DNA of 64,000 bases, taken from positions 72,602,001 through 72,666,000 of the forward strand of contig NC_043006.1 in assembly GCF_006345805.1 (NCBI RefSeq), given 5' to 3'. Positions 10,883 through 24,015 of this stretch are shown here, piece after piece; position 1 is the first letter of the stretch; each line of letters starts with the position of its first letter. A program made the position numbers and the translations under genes. The stretch is from Octopus sinensis (Eukaryota). The notes beneath the pieces were generated by a model. It was not told where the DNA came from and ran no database searches. It was given only the letters and a program-made list of their open reading frames with translations.

Positions 10883-11840
10883 GAAAACCATCCGAACGTG
10901 GCCGTAGCCAGTACCGCACCGATTGGCCTCCGTGCTGGGCACGTAACAAACACCATCCGATCATGGCCATTCGCCAGCCTCATCTGGCACCTGTGTCGGT
11001 GGCACATAAAAACACCATCCGAAGACCGGCAAGACTAGTCAGGCCATAACCTGTGGCCCCTACCTGGGACATAGTCAGTCCACCTGTGCATACCTTCCTT
11101 CTTGTGACACTTGTGAAGACCGAAGACCTGTTGAGGCAAGTGAAAATCAAAACAAATCAAAATAGATGAACATCAATGGAATTTGTATCTTTGTGGTACC
11201 AGTGCCGGTGGCACGTGGCACACAAGAAAACCATCCGAACGTGGCCGTAGCCAGTACCGCATCGACTGGCCTCCGTGCTGTGGGCACGTAACAAACACCA
11301 TCCGAGCGTGGCCGTTTGCCAGCCTCATCTGGCACCTGTGTCGGTGGCACATAAAAACACCATCCGAGCGTGGCCGTCTGCCAGCCTCGTCTGGCACCTG
11401 TGTCGTGGCACATAAAAAAACACCATCTGTGTCGGTGGCACATAAAAAAACACCATCCGAGCGTGGCCGTTTGCCAGCCTCATCTGGCACCTGTGTCGGT
11501 GGCACATAAAAACACCATCCGAGCGTGGCCGTCTGCCAGCCTCGTCTGGCACCTGTGTCGGTGGCACATAAAAAAACACCATCTGTGTCGGTGGCACATA
11601 AAAAAACACCATCCGAGCGTGGCCGTTTGCCAGCCTCATCTGGCACCTGTGTCGGTGGCACATAAAATCACCCACTACACTCTCGGAGTGGTTGGCGTTA
11701 GGAAGGGCATCCAGCTGTAGAAACACTGCCAGATCTGACTGGACTGGTGCAGCTTTCGGGCTCCCCAGACCCCAGTTGAACCGTCCAACCCATGCTAGCA
11801 TGGAAAGCGGATGTTAAATGATGATGATGATGATGATGAT
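10883..11840 (+). mobile_element. RTE-3'UTR-derived retroelement with an internal ~62-bp minisatellite and a (GAT)n tail
   Basis: gaagacctgttgaggcaagtgaaaatc junction, tandem accatccgagcgtggccg...ggcacataaaaa units, ggcgttaggaagggcatccagctg domain, and ...gttaaatgatgatg tail. Confidence 0.85.
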
Positions 11841-12414
11841 GGTAGTGATGGTGGTGGAGGAGGAAGGGAGGATGTCTGTTGGATTAAAAGGAAGAATCAA
11901 GGGTTAGACAAAATATTTTGCAGTATTTAATCAAGGGCCCATAATGAGTTCAAAACCCACAAAGAGAAACTTTGCCTTTAATTCATTTGAAGGTCAATAA
12001 AATAAAGAAGCAGTGATGTATTTGAATCAGTTTAATCAACTTCCTCCCTAATGCATGAACTTGTGCCAAGGTTTAAGAAAAAGTAACTTGTTTAAGAAAG
12101 AACAGGACATATTTCCATGAGAAAAGATTTTGTCATAAAATAGATACTGTTTTATTTGTTTCAGTCATTTGACTGCAGCCATGCTGGAGCACCGCCTTTA
12201 GTTGAGCAAATCGACCCCAGGACTTATTCTTTGTAAGCCTAGTACTTATTCTATCGGTCTCTTTTGCCGAACTGCTAAGTTATGGGGACGTAAACACACC
12301 AACATCAGTTGTCAAGCGATGTTGGGGGGGGGGGACAAACACAGACACATAAACACATACACACACATACGTACATATATATATTATATATATATAATAT
12401 ATATATATATACAA

Positions 12415-13260
12415 ATTGAGATAGGGGTGTAAATGCAACCCTCCATGAATGATAATTTTAAATTCAAATCCAATAGTATATTTATGTCATAAGGAAATTA
12501 CTAACTGGAACCCGGACATACATATATACTGCTCTGGATCCTAATGTAAGCGTTATTAATAATATTATGAATGATAATAATGGTAACATTAATGGTATTG
12601 ACAACGATAATGATGCTAACTTTAATGACACTTTAGAAATTAGTATGAAGTAATATAATGTACTATTGACTATGTATATTTGCATCTAGGTACTAATTTG
12701 TGTATGTTTATTATCACAATATTAAGTCGAAAAACTGAGACATTGAATGTGGAACACATATATATGTTTACTAATTTATATTATTTATTTATATCATTAT
12801 GTATATGTATATTTTTATATGTATAAGAGTGTGAGTATATGCACTCATATGTATATGTATATGTTGTATTATGGGTATGCACCCACACCCATGTGGGTAT
12901 ATATCTAGACTGATTTATATTACATAATCTCCAAAGAGGCCTTATGATATTTTTGTAAATGTCTCATTTATATCTATATATTGACCTACCATAAAAGGCT
13001 AATATTGGTAAAATGAGACATACTTATCTACATGGCCGAAACAGCTGTAAGATGTAATCTATACTTATATTTATATTTACTTATATTTATATTCTCTTTT
13101 ATATATATTCTACTTATTATACAACATTACTCTTTTATGTACACTTTTTTATGTACATTCCTTTATGTACACTGATTTGTTCTGCTTTTTATATTTAACC
13201 CTACAGTCTCTTATGTGGTGGTTTAATAAAGTATGTGATTGAGTATTATCTGGTAATTGA
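12415..13260 (+). mobile_element. Penelope-like element 3' remnant (pseudo-LTR region)
   Basis: A short peptide MQPSMNDNFKFKSNSIFMS* (12433-12492) weakly resembles the P-x-L/M-N tail of PLE GIY-YIG ORFs. It is followed by an AT-rich UTR containing an HHR-like fold. Confidence 0.5.
12920..13057 (+). ncRNA. Degenerate type I hammerhead-ribozyme-like motif (long stem II)
   Basis: Stem I TTAC-(ATA bulge)-ATCT/AGATGTAA, core CCAAAGA (CUGANGA expected), stem II GGCC/GGCC with an inner ATGTCTCATTT/AAATGAGACAT helix, GAAA-CAGCTG-TA, and a GTA cleavage triplet ending at 13049. Confidence 0.6.
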
Positions 13261-13313
13261 TATTGATTTAGATGTATTTCTCCATTTTCTTATCTTGTAT
13301 ATATATATATATA

Positions 13314-13368
13314 TATGTCTCTCTCTCTCTCTCGCTATGTGGTGTTGGTTCTCCCTCTGTTTTCACTG

Positions 13369-13403
<35 letters not shown>

Positions 13404-13736
13404 GGTATATATCTCACCTTCACTCGCTTCCACAGGCTTAGCCAATACCGCAGGATGAAAAACATCAAGCTAAGTTCCCGACCTGTTTCCTCTTTTCATT
13501 GTTTTTGCAAGCCTTATTATTATTGTATCCCCATCTAATAGCGTTATCGTTGTCTTTTGTCTCAAATGCTAGCTGAAGCATAAAAACTTTCACTCACAAA
13601 AACTTATTCACACCACCGCAAAGCATTTCATCTCAATCCTGTCTTCTTTCTGCCGCCTAAAACCTCATTTCCCAATGCACGGTGTCACTATGTCTCTCTC
13701 TCTCTCTCGCTATGTGGTGTCGGTTCTCCCTCTGTT

Positions 13737-13767
<31 letters not shown>

Positions 13768-14049
13768 GGTATATATCTCACCTTCACTCGCTTCCACGGG
13801 CTTAGCCAATACCGCAGGATGAAAAACATCAAGCTAAGTTCCCGACCTGTTCCTCTTTTCATTGTTTTTGCAAGCCTTATTATTATGTATCCCCATCTAA
13901 TAGCGTTATCGTTGTCTTTCGTCTCAAATGCTAGCTGAAGCATAAAAACTTTCACTCACAAAAACTTATTCACACCACCGCAAAGCATTTCATCTCAATC
14001 CTGTCTTCTTTCTGCCGCCTAAAACCTCATCTTCTCCCAATGCGCGGTG
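13314..14049. repeat. Tandem duplication of a ~375-bp segment
   Basis: 13314-13684 and 13689-14049 are near-identical and differ mainly in (CT)n length and small indels. Confidence 0.9.
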
Positions 14050-14464
14050 CGCCCACCCTCCCACCCCACCACCAATACGGTGAACACTGTTCTCACCATC
14101 TACACCGGATACTCCCTCTTATGTTTCTCTATCTGTCTAACTATTTATCAAATTTTTCTATCTATCTAATTTCTCTATCTATCTAATTTCTCTATCTATC
14201 TTCATTCGTCTAAAATCAAACTTCGTATCTTCGCGGTGCACCCGCCCTGCCCACCCCCACCACCAATACCGGATATCTCTATATTTTCTCCATCTATACC
14301 GGATGTCGCTTCTCCCACCACCATTATAGGTGTCTACTCTTCGAACCCCCCTCTTCAATACGCTATTTCACCATGCATTACCCCTCTCTCGATATCCTAC
14401 GTTCTACTTGCCTAGAACCTGTCATCATTTCTCTGAACCACCCCTCCCCACTGGTGCTCCCCTA

Positions 14465-14730
14465 TATTTCTGCACCACCCCCCACATAAAAAGCACCATC
14501 CGAACGTGGCCGATGCCAGACCCCTCTGGCACTGTGCAGGTGGCACGTAAAAAACACCCACTACACTCGCAGAGTGGTTGGCGTTAGGAAGGGCATCCAG
14601 CTGTAGAAACACTGCCAGACTAGACTGGAGCCTGGGGCAGTTCCGAGCTCCCCAGACCCCGGTCGAAACCGTCCAACCCGTGCTAGCGCAGAAAACGGAC
14701 GTTAAACGATGATGATGATGATGATGATGA
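14465..14730 (+). mobile_element. RTE-3'UTR-derived element, short copy with (GAT)n tail
   Basis: Same ggcgttaggaagggcatccagctgtagaaac domain and gttaaacgatgatg tail. Confidence 0.8.
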
Positions 14731-15939
14731 TATATAGATACATACATATATATGACAGGCTTCTTTCAGTTTCTGTCTACCAAATCCACTCACAAGGCTT
14801 TGGTCAGCCCGAGGCTATAGTAGAAAACACCTGCCCAAGGTGCCACGCACCATGTGATTGGTAAGCAAGCTACTTACCACACAGCTACTCCTGTGCCTAT
14901 ATTTCTTTTTCTTTGATAAAATGTTCCATAAAAGTAAAATGTATATAATCTCTTTCTCCTTGTCTCACCAGGCTGGCAAAGGACAAATTTGTGACTTCCT
15001 TAATAAGCTTTCAGCGTTTGTCAAGGAAATTTTGCTGGACTAGCAGCATTATAAGTGTTAGATATACAAATAGACAGGAAGATTTGTTCAGTCACAACTG
15101 ATCTGACACTAGACTACAACAATCAAAAAATAATTCTTGTCTAGAGGGTATTCTGAATTAGGCAGCCATTGTTGTGTTGCCTAACCATTGTTGAATGCAA
15201 TGTAACAATGGTCCTTCATTGCTGCCATAATGAATGGACATCTTGTTCCAGTAGCATTGTTCATCATTATCATTGGTCAGCACTTGCTCTATTAAGTTGT
15301 ATAATATGTCATCTCCATATATATAAACGGCAAAATGTGTGTGTGTGTATCCTTTATACAAATCCACAATTTTTCAGTTAGAGGGCTCGCACTTTCTATG
15401 GTCATTCAAAACCATCCAAGGGTGGTTGTGAAGATCTTTTCATTTCCCAGTTACCCCTGAAAGCCATTAAAAAAAAACGATAAACTGACCCCTTATGTTT
15501 CAAGTAACAAAAGTCTTTAATACAAGGGACGTAACTCACTTAATCCAGCTGTTTAATCTAAAGATATTAGACCATAGCAAGGGAAATAACATTTTAAAAC
15601 TCTGCATTTCCTTCCCTTTGTTATGTATCACACCTCAATACTGTACCAGACCAATTTATCCAATTTAGGACCGGAACTGTCCCAGCTTTTTTGATTTGAG
15701 AAATGCAGGGAATAATTAACGAGTTAGACTAAGTAAATGACAAGAGAGAGGAATTTTCATGAAAGACCAAATATGCTTGACTAGCACTAGACCCGACAAC
15801 ATTGGGTCATAGTGCTAGTAATCAATATGACCTTATTCTTTCTTAGTTATAAAGTTCTTGATCAATTCCCATTGCCATCCATCTTGAGTACAAGGTGTTT
15901 TTGATGCTACTATTTTGGTCCTGCCTATCTGGTATCTCT

Positions 15940-16357
15940 CATTATCTACTATATGGCTCAGAAACCTGGACGTTATCAAAGAAGATTGAGAGGCGGTTGG
16001 ATGGAACCTACACTCGCCTCCTTATGAGAGCTCAAAATCTCTCGTGGAAGCACCATCCAACCAAAATGCAAATATATGGGAAACTACCACCTGTGTCATC
16101 TCTTGTGAAAGGTAGGAGAGTCCAGTTTGCTGGACATTGTTGTAGAGCTGAAACAGAAGTAATTTCTACTCTTCTCCTCTGGAAGCCATCTACTCACAAT
16201 ACCAGAGGGCGCACACTCTCCTACCCTGATGTAATCTCCAGGGATACAGGCATCCAGCAACAGGACCTCCATAATGCCATGATGGACCGTGAAGTCTGGC
16301 GTAGCATGGTAAATTCCATTGTCTCAACCACGGTCGAACAATGATGATGATGATGAT
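15940..16357 (+). mobile_element. 5'-truncated RTE LINE (ORF2 C-terminus) with (GAT)n tail
   Basis: Uninterrupted LLYGSETWTL...RRLDGTYTRLLMRAQN.SW...RRVQFAGHC.R...RGR.LSYPD...DRE.WR, followed by TGA inside a (GAT)n tail. Confidence 0.92.
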
Positions 16358-16608
16358 CTCTCATTTAGTATATATATATATATATATATGTCTGTGGCAT
16401 GTTTTGGCACCCTGAAAATCTTGTTTTTATTCTAATTGACTACAGACTTGTAACCACAACTTCATGCTTCACTTTATGTGTATATGACGGCTAGTGAAAT
16501 ATTTAGGAAACATGAAAAAGAAAACTTTTCTTACAACAGATTTCTATACATCTTTGACAGAGCAGAACTGACATTGAATTGAAATTTTGCTGTTAGGAGC
16601 AGCAAAAC

Positions 16609-16610
<2 letters not shown>

Positions 16611-16703
<93 letters not shown>

Positions 16704-16747
16704 TAGAGAGACAGACAGACGACAGACAGACAGACAGACAGACAGAC

Positions 16748-16801
<54 letters not shown>
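16611..16801. repeat. Compound (GA)n/(GACA)n/(GATA)n microsatellite
   Basis: Directly visible. Confidence 0.95.
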
Positions 16802-16804
<3 letters not shown>

Positions 16805-18384
16805 AAAGCATCAAGGTGTATTAAATAAACCATGTTGCTACAAGCACATCTGTCTCTGAGGCCTTATTCTATTTATGTATGTGTTTTTTATGTTCATATG
16901 AAGAGGGGGAGTGTTTGTAGCAATTAAGGTCATTTAATACATTTTAATGGTCCTCTCTCTCTCTCTCTTACTCTTTCTGTCTGTCTATCTATCTATCTAT
17001 CTGTCTGTCTGTCTGTATGTATGTATGTATGTATGTATGTATTTATTCATGCATGTGTGAGCACATGCCTCCTGGGCCCAAAAATACTGTTGCCAAAAAG
17101 AAAAAAAACATCACAAAAACATTTTCAATATTCAGTCTGCCATGCCAAATGACAAGAATTCAAACAACTATCCCCAATCATCTTATTCTGATCCAGTCTT
17201 TCTTTGGCTTTTTTTTTCAACAAGACACCACCTTATCAAGTACAGATAATTCTGAAAGAGTGGTAAGAAAGAAAGAAGAATCTACTCCAATACTTGATTG
17301 TTACTTTGTTTATTGCTCACTGTTGAGAGTCAGAGTTGACCTCAGCAGAATTTGAGCTAAAAATGAACCTCAAGGCATTCTTACCATTGCTTGCATAACT
17401 CTGCCAGTTTAGAACCTATATGAAAAATCTAGATGTAAACAAAATGATGAACATTTCAATGAAATACTGTGTGATGTAAACAAAAAAGAAATAGAACAGA
17501 TATAGGAAACTTGCAAATTAAAAATAACTCTCACATAATCATTTGCTATCATCTGAAAGTCATTCACAGGCAGTGACCGTAGCAAGAAACAATTCTTTAC
17601 ATATTTCTGATAAAATAAATGAATTAATTTTTGCTAATCAATCAATCTATAAGAGTTCATTGCAAAGTATGTTGAGCTATTTACATTGTTATCCAGAAAC
17701 AATTATCTTTCCCAAATTACAAACTCGAATATGAAAGAAAATAATTCCTCTTCATTGGTTTTTCTCCTAATGATTGCCAACAGTGCTTTTGAACACTAAA
17801 ACTTTGTATCTAAATATAAATTGATTGCTTTTGAATCAGTACAAAGCCATTGTTTTTTTCTTCTTCTGTAGGAGATTGAATAAATTCCAGTATCTTATCA
17901 GAATTTATTTTATCCATACTTTTTGGTTTTGGAGTTGTCAATAAACAATTTCAATAAATATGCTAAGAAAGAGAAAGAATTTGTCAATAAGTGATTTTGA
18001 TTGTCATAACATTTTTATTGCCCTGTGTGATTTTTTTTTTTATGGGAGTGACAATTTTGGGTCTGGTATATAAGGCTGTATAGTGGGTGGGGATGAGGGC
18101 TATTAGACTGAAAGACAACTCAGAGTAGTGCACATTCAAGCTATGCCACAGTCTAGAACAGAGGTATTCAACTGTTCTTTAACCTATGGACCCCTTTGAT
18201 TCCTATTTTACTCAGATGGATCCTCCTATCCATCTGATGTTTAAAAAATCTCATATTTTTATCATTAGATATCACAAGAAATTGTATTAAAAAAATCAAG
18301 ATATTATTTTGTGTTGTGGCTGTGTGGTAAGAGGTGAGGGCATGGCACTTTATTCTGAACGTTGTCTGTTACTTCATTACAAAA

Positions 18385-18600
18385 AGGTGATGAGCTGACA
18401 GAAATGTTAGCACACCAAGCAAAATGCTTAGTGGCATTTCGTCTGTCTTTATGTTCTGAATTCAAATCCTGCTGACGTCGACTTTGCCTTTCATCCTTTT
18501 GGGGTTGATAAATTAAGTACCAATTGCATACTGTGGTCGATCTAATCAACTGGCCCCCTCCTCCAAAATTTTGGGCCTTGTGCCTAGAGTAGAAAAGATT
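18385..18600 (+). mobile_element. tRNA-headed SINE family D, representative copy
   Basis: gagctgacagaaatgttagc...gttctgaattcaaatcc...gtcgactttgcctttcatcc...cctagagtagaaaag. Many further copies occur throughout the window. Confidence 0.8.
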
Positions 18601-19692
18601 ATTTCATTACAAGGTAATATACTACTGTTGTTATAAAACGTCAGATGTCATTTTAGTGCCTCTTCACTAAACATTGGTGACTCTGAGCTAAAGAATTGCA
18701 ATTTTTACTCGCATCACAACTAAAAATTGATGACCTGACATCAGAATATTTTCTCTTATACAAATGAACCTCTAGAATTCATCTTCTTCGTCTTGAATTT
18801 GTGCCTAACAGAGTATGCATTCTTCTTTCAAGGAAATACAGTGTTCTTTCAAATAATCTCCTTTTGAAGTATTTTTCTCCCACAATACAACTGCCAACAT
18901 TTTATGCTAGTAAATACACCTTGGAATTTTGTCCAACATGGCACCTGTCTTCATCTTCCTTGTTAGTTTTTTCCCCTTGAATATGCCACCCTGAGCATGC
19001 GCAGTGGATGTATGTGCCAAATCTCGAGAGTTCTTTATTGCATCTTGCCTGGCTCAGATTTTCCACGTGGCTGGACTTAAACAGCCATGCACACCAACAG
19101 TGCTATCATCAACACTACTAAAGCCATCACCACCTCAGCCTTCGTACCAGACCACAGTGCTAAAGTCACCACTGCCACAGCTTCATCACTAATTGCAAAT
19201 CATTTCTGCAACATCTCCTGTACAGCAACCGATTTTGTAGCCTTATACAGCAAATTTCAATCACTCTGAGTACTGCACAGATAGACAGCACTTCAAACAG
19301 CTTCTTAACTCAAAATGCAACTTTCTTTTTTTACCAACCATGCATTTCTTAACAGCATTCATTGGAACACTTATTCGATGAACTGAACATTTTGCATGTT
19401 TTCTTTCATATCTTTTCAATCTCACCATGAGCTTTTCTGTTCCAATTTCTTTCTGTTCATTTTGTTGCATTTTTCTTGCATTTTTTAATACTTTCATGTG
19501 CATCCATTCTGTTTCATGCTGTGAAATGCTCTCTACTCAGCACTTCACCTTGTACACCCAGTCTCCAATGCACAGTTTACACTGGGGGATACTGCATCAG
19601 TGTTTTTTTCACAGTGCTTCCAACAGTTACACTCACACATATTTTTTTTGCATGTTTCATTCTTCCTGTATTTAATGCATTTATCCTTCAGC

Positions 19693-19925
19693 CTCTGCAA
19701 GCGACTCACTGCTCTTACAGGCTTACAATCCTTCAACCTCTGCATGCAACTCACCATTCTTGCAGGCTTACAACTCTTTTGCCTCAGCAAGTGTCTCACC
19801 ATTCTTGCAGTAAAATTCTTGGAACTACTTATATCCTAGCAGCCAACATCTTCTGGAAGTAACCCACCATACTTGCAGGCTTAAAACTTTTTTTGCCTTT
19901 GCAAGCAACTCGCAGCTCTTGCAGG
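19693..19925 (-). repeat. Degenerate 45-bp (15-codon) repeat inside an old coding-like TE remnant (~18970-20200)
   Basis: Units start at 19693, 19738 and 19783, with further partial copies. The minus frame reads RQKSCKPARMVSCMQRLKDCKPVRAVSRLQRLKD. Confidence 0.55.
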
Positions 19926-20384
19926 CAAAATCTTGGCACTGCTTATGTCTCAGCAGTCATCATTGCGCTCTCATACACTTTGATTTTTGCATCCTGTGAT
20001 TTCCAGTTTCCTGGCAGTTGCTATCACATTTGCACATCAGATTTCGCTTGCTCTGTCTCATGGAGACCACCTTTCCAGGCAGCAAGCTGCAAAGAACTTC
20101 CTTCAGTTTTCTTTTTGTTGTGTTTACATTCCCTTTTTGTCATTTTCTTTTGATATTTGCTCCATTATGTTGATCACACTCTTGGTCTGAGCAGGGGGTC
20201 ATGCAGGAGCACTCTTTCCCGGTGGTGGAACTATTATCCATCCATGCATGAGTTGGTTAATACACCCAACTGCTATACCTCATGCATAGATACACACCAC
20301 CGCCTATCACAAAGTCACAGGAAAATTTTAATCAGTTTCAGCCAAGCCTCCAAGGGAGTCAGACATAGTAGCATATTGCTGTTG

Positions 20385-20772
20385 GAACTGTTGCTGTTGA
20401 GCGGTTGAATGAATGGTCTTCATCCCAGAGCTTGCAAGATGGGAGGAGTCCGAAATGTGGTCCTTTGCTATTCGTAAGACCCGCAGAAGAGAAAGCAGGT
20501 CAACCCCTGACACCAAGAGCATCGACGGATGGATGAATGTGCATCCAGGCTCAGCGGTTGTGTAGGAAGTCGGGGACAAGAAACAGGAAGAAAGAGTGAG
20601 ATAAAGTTGAAGCGAAAGAGTGCAACAGGGGTCATCACCACCCCCTGCCGGAGCATCGTGGAGCTTTGGGTATTTTAGCTCAATAAACACACACAACGCC
20701 CAGTCTGGGAATTGAAACCGCGATCCTACGACCGCGAGTCCGCTGCCCTAACCATTGGGCCATTGCACCTCC
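20385..20772 (-). mobile_element. tRNA-headed SINE family B, tail variant 1
   Basis: Head GGAGGTGCAATGGCCCAATGGTTAGGGCAGCGGACTCGCGGTCGTAGGATCGCGGTTTCAATTCC with A and B boxes. The 3' part differs from 24016-24392. Confidence 0.8.
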
Positions 20773-22319
20773 AATGCTGTAGGAACTCAACTCCACCACA
20801 TGGACAACATCTAATGGAGAAGCACTCAAGAACTAAATAACTATTTATGGACTGTTCGAGCATTTATCCTGCTCACATTTTAAAATATACAGTAACAGTA
20901 AGTGTTACATGTTTAATAAGCTACATATACCTTGTTCTGGATTTGTAACCCTATAACGAGTAGCTCAAACTTTTCTTCTGTTCACCTAGAACACTGTTAC
21001 ACCATATCTCTGAATGCTATACCCTGTATGCTGGCAAGCAAAATTAAGTTTCATGCTATCACTAATTTTTAGTGTCTCTTTACTAAAAATTAGTGACCCC
21101 AACATGCCTTAAACATACAAATCTACTAAAACAAAGTACAAAATATATTTTTCCACACTTTATTTGAAAATAATATTTAGTACATCAATTTGGTTTAGTG
21201 TGGTCTCCCTTGTTGCTTTTCCTGTCACTGCAATTCCTAAAAATTTTTTTAAGGTTGTTCAGGGAAGAAAAAGATCTTTATTGAATGTATTTTTATTTTC
21301 CTATGTTCTGAATTCCTGAGCCTCTGAAGCCTTGCCTTTGTTGTGGCTTTGTGGTTAGAGTGTTAGAGTCATGATTGTAAGATGATGGTTTCAATTCCAG
21401 GACTAGGTGACACATTGTGTTCTTGAGCAAAACACTTCATTTCACATTGCTCCACAAACATGAGTAATCCTGTGACTGACTAGCATCCTGTCCAGGTGGA
21501 GAATTTATATGCCATGGAAACTGGGAAACTGACCCTTATGAGTCAGCATAACTCAAGAAGGTAAGCTCTTCCTCTCCACCTTGGCATTGTTATAAAAGGT
21601 GACAAGCTGGCAGAATTCTTAGAGCATCAGGAAAATAGTTCTTTGCAGTATTTCTTCTGATACTTTACATTCTGAGTTAAAATTTCACCATGGTCAACAT
21701 TGTCTGTCACCCTTTTGTAGTCAATCAAATAAGAACCCGTTGAGCATTGGAGTGAAGGGAGTCGATGTAATTGGCTATCTCCTGCCCCTAAAATTGCAGA
21801 CTATCATAAAAGTTTCTCTGCTTTAATAAACTCACCATCAGTTTTATTCCTCTCTGAAATCAATAAAATCAGTTCAAATAATGCACTGAATTGATTTCAT
21901 CAACAATAAAGACCTGCACTCCTACAAAAATTTGGTTTAGTGCTAAGTTACATTGTGTCAAGATATTTAATATCAGTTATAGTCCTTATGTACCGAAATT
22001 TGTGCTCATTAGCTGTAAAGTCTAGGTCATCAAAACAATTAGACCACTCATTCAAGTTGACCTCATTCTTTATCAAATAGATAAATAGATTTAATGATTA
22101 ATAATTATTCCCTCTAATTATAATTAGAGGGAAGCAGAAAAAATAGACCATGGGACTAAGTACCTCACAACAGTTAATAACATTTCTCTCTGCATTCACA
22201 GTTCATATCCTATCTGTTTGCATTTCATCTCCCCAGGGTGACAACATAATGTTGACAAGTGGTGGTGATGATATTTAATTAACTGTAACCCTTTCTACCA
22301 ATACTTGAGTTTGTGCTTT

Positions 22320-22710
22320 ACTCTTTTACTTATTTCAGTCATTTGACTGTGACCATGCTGGAGCACTGCCTTTAGTTGAGCAAATCGATCCCAGGACTTA
22401 TTCTTTTGTAAACCTAGTACTTATTCTATCGGTCTCTTTTACCAAACCACTAAATTACGGGGATGTAAACACACCAGCATTGGTTGTCAAGCAACGGTGG
22501 GGGTACAAACACAGACACACAAACATACACACACACATACATATATGTATTTATATATACGACAGGCTTCTTTCAGTTTCCGTCTACCAAATCCACTCAC
22601 AAGGCTTTGGCTGGCCCGAGGCTATAGTAGAAGACACTTGACCAAGGTGCCATGCAGTGGGACTGAACCCGGAACCATGTGATTGGTAAGCAACCTACTT
22701 ACCACACTGC
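22320..22710 (-). mobile_element. tRNA-headed SINE family A with central (CA)/(TA) microsatellite
   Basis: Head ...GGTAAGTAGGTTGCTTACCAATCACATGGTTCCGGGTTCAGTCCCACTG...CCTTGGTCAAGTGTCTTC and 3' end ...GTCAAATGACTGAAATAAGTAAAAGAGT. Confidence 0.8.
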
Positions 22711-23752
22711 CAAAAGTGGCAAAATCATTTTGAGTGTCAGAGACAAAGCCTCGCAGTATTTAGTTTTGGCTATTTATGCTATTTTATACCAGGCTCATAC
22801 CAAGTATTCAGCATCTTAAATCAGCCTTACACACGCACACACACACACACAAATTTGTGGTGAAATATATAGATTTATGAAATCTTGTGTCAATCACTGA
22901 AAGATCCTGTAGTGGACATCACTACCATACCACATAGTAATCCAATATGGAGGAGTTTAATGTAGAAGCATTTGTGTAACCATGGCATTCTGGTGATCTG
23001 AAGAGCTAGCCTTTTATACCTGCATTGATTTGCAATTGTACAATTGTACTGTACAATGTGTAGCATACACATTGCTGCAGACAAGAAAATAATTATACAC
23101 TGAAATTATTATTTTATGATGAAGCCTGTAAAACAGCCATATTCCTATGAATTTCAAGTGATTAATTAAATACATTCACCTCTCATGCCTCCATGACACT
23201 TTACGGTCTCTCTCTCTCTCTCCCTCCCCCTCTCTCTCGCCCCTCCCCCCTCTCTCTATATATACATATCATCATACATACACACAAACACGCACACACA
23301 TATGTATATGTATCATCAAGGGCCTTGCAAGACAAGAAAACCTTCAGTTAGGAGGAAGGATCAGCATGGTGGTAGTGGTGTGTGTGTGTGTGGGGGGGCT
23401 TTGTGCCAGTTCAACAATTAAAGTTATAGACAGTCAGATATTGATATCTTGAGGGAGAGATAGCCCAGTTGAAAAAGAAAGGAGAGTGTATTAGAAAGTA
23501 AGATAAAGAGAACAAAAGTGAGAGGGAGAGAGAGAGAGAGACAGAGACAGAGGTGAGGGGAGATGATGGCAAAGATGTGTCGGAACATTGGGGGTGGTGA
23601 GAATAGGTGAGGTGATATAAAGGCTTGGAATTGATGAGGGGGCTTGATGAGGTGACTGTAGCAAATGATGGAGAGAAATATAGGAGATGCTCCGTGGTTG
23701 CAGTGGATATGTGAGAACATTGAGGGTGATAGCAGGTGTGTGTGTGTGTGTG

Positions 23753-23794
<42 letters not shown>

Positions 23795-24015
23795 CACACA
23801 CACAGACAGGTGTGGTGATGCAAACAGGAAAAATAGAACTCAAAATATGAGTAGATGTACATTTTTATTAATATTTACCAGAACAGAGTGACTCAAGGTG
23901 CAAGAGTATTGTGCATTTCCACAACACATGAAACTCTCAGATCTTGAGTCACTTTTTTACATCTACTAAATATTGATATATATATATGTATGTGTGTGTG
24001 TGTGTGTGTGTGTGT

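Noticed and set aside
11297-11665. CRISPR-like look of regularly spaced repeats
   Set aside because: The units are contiguous tandem copies with no unique spacers, the context is eukaryotic, and there are no cas genes.
15158-15367. 69-aa minus ORF containing YGDD, resembling an RT YxDD motif
   Set aside because: No other RT motifs flank it, and the motif abuts a simple-repeat stretch.
23020-23074. 55-nt minus-strand segment with a good acceptor (TTATTTTCTTGTCTGCAG) and donor (CAG|GTATAA), open in all three frames
   Set aside because: No recognisable peptide and no partner exons were found. Such signal pairs occur by chance in 64 kb of AT-rich DNA, so RNA evidence is needed.
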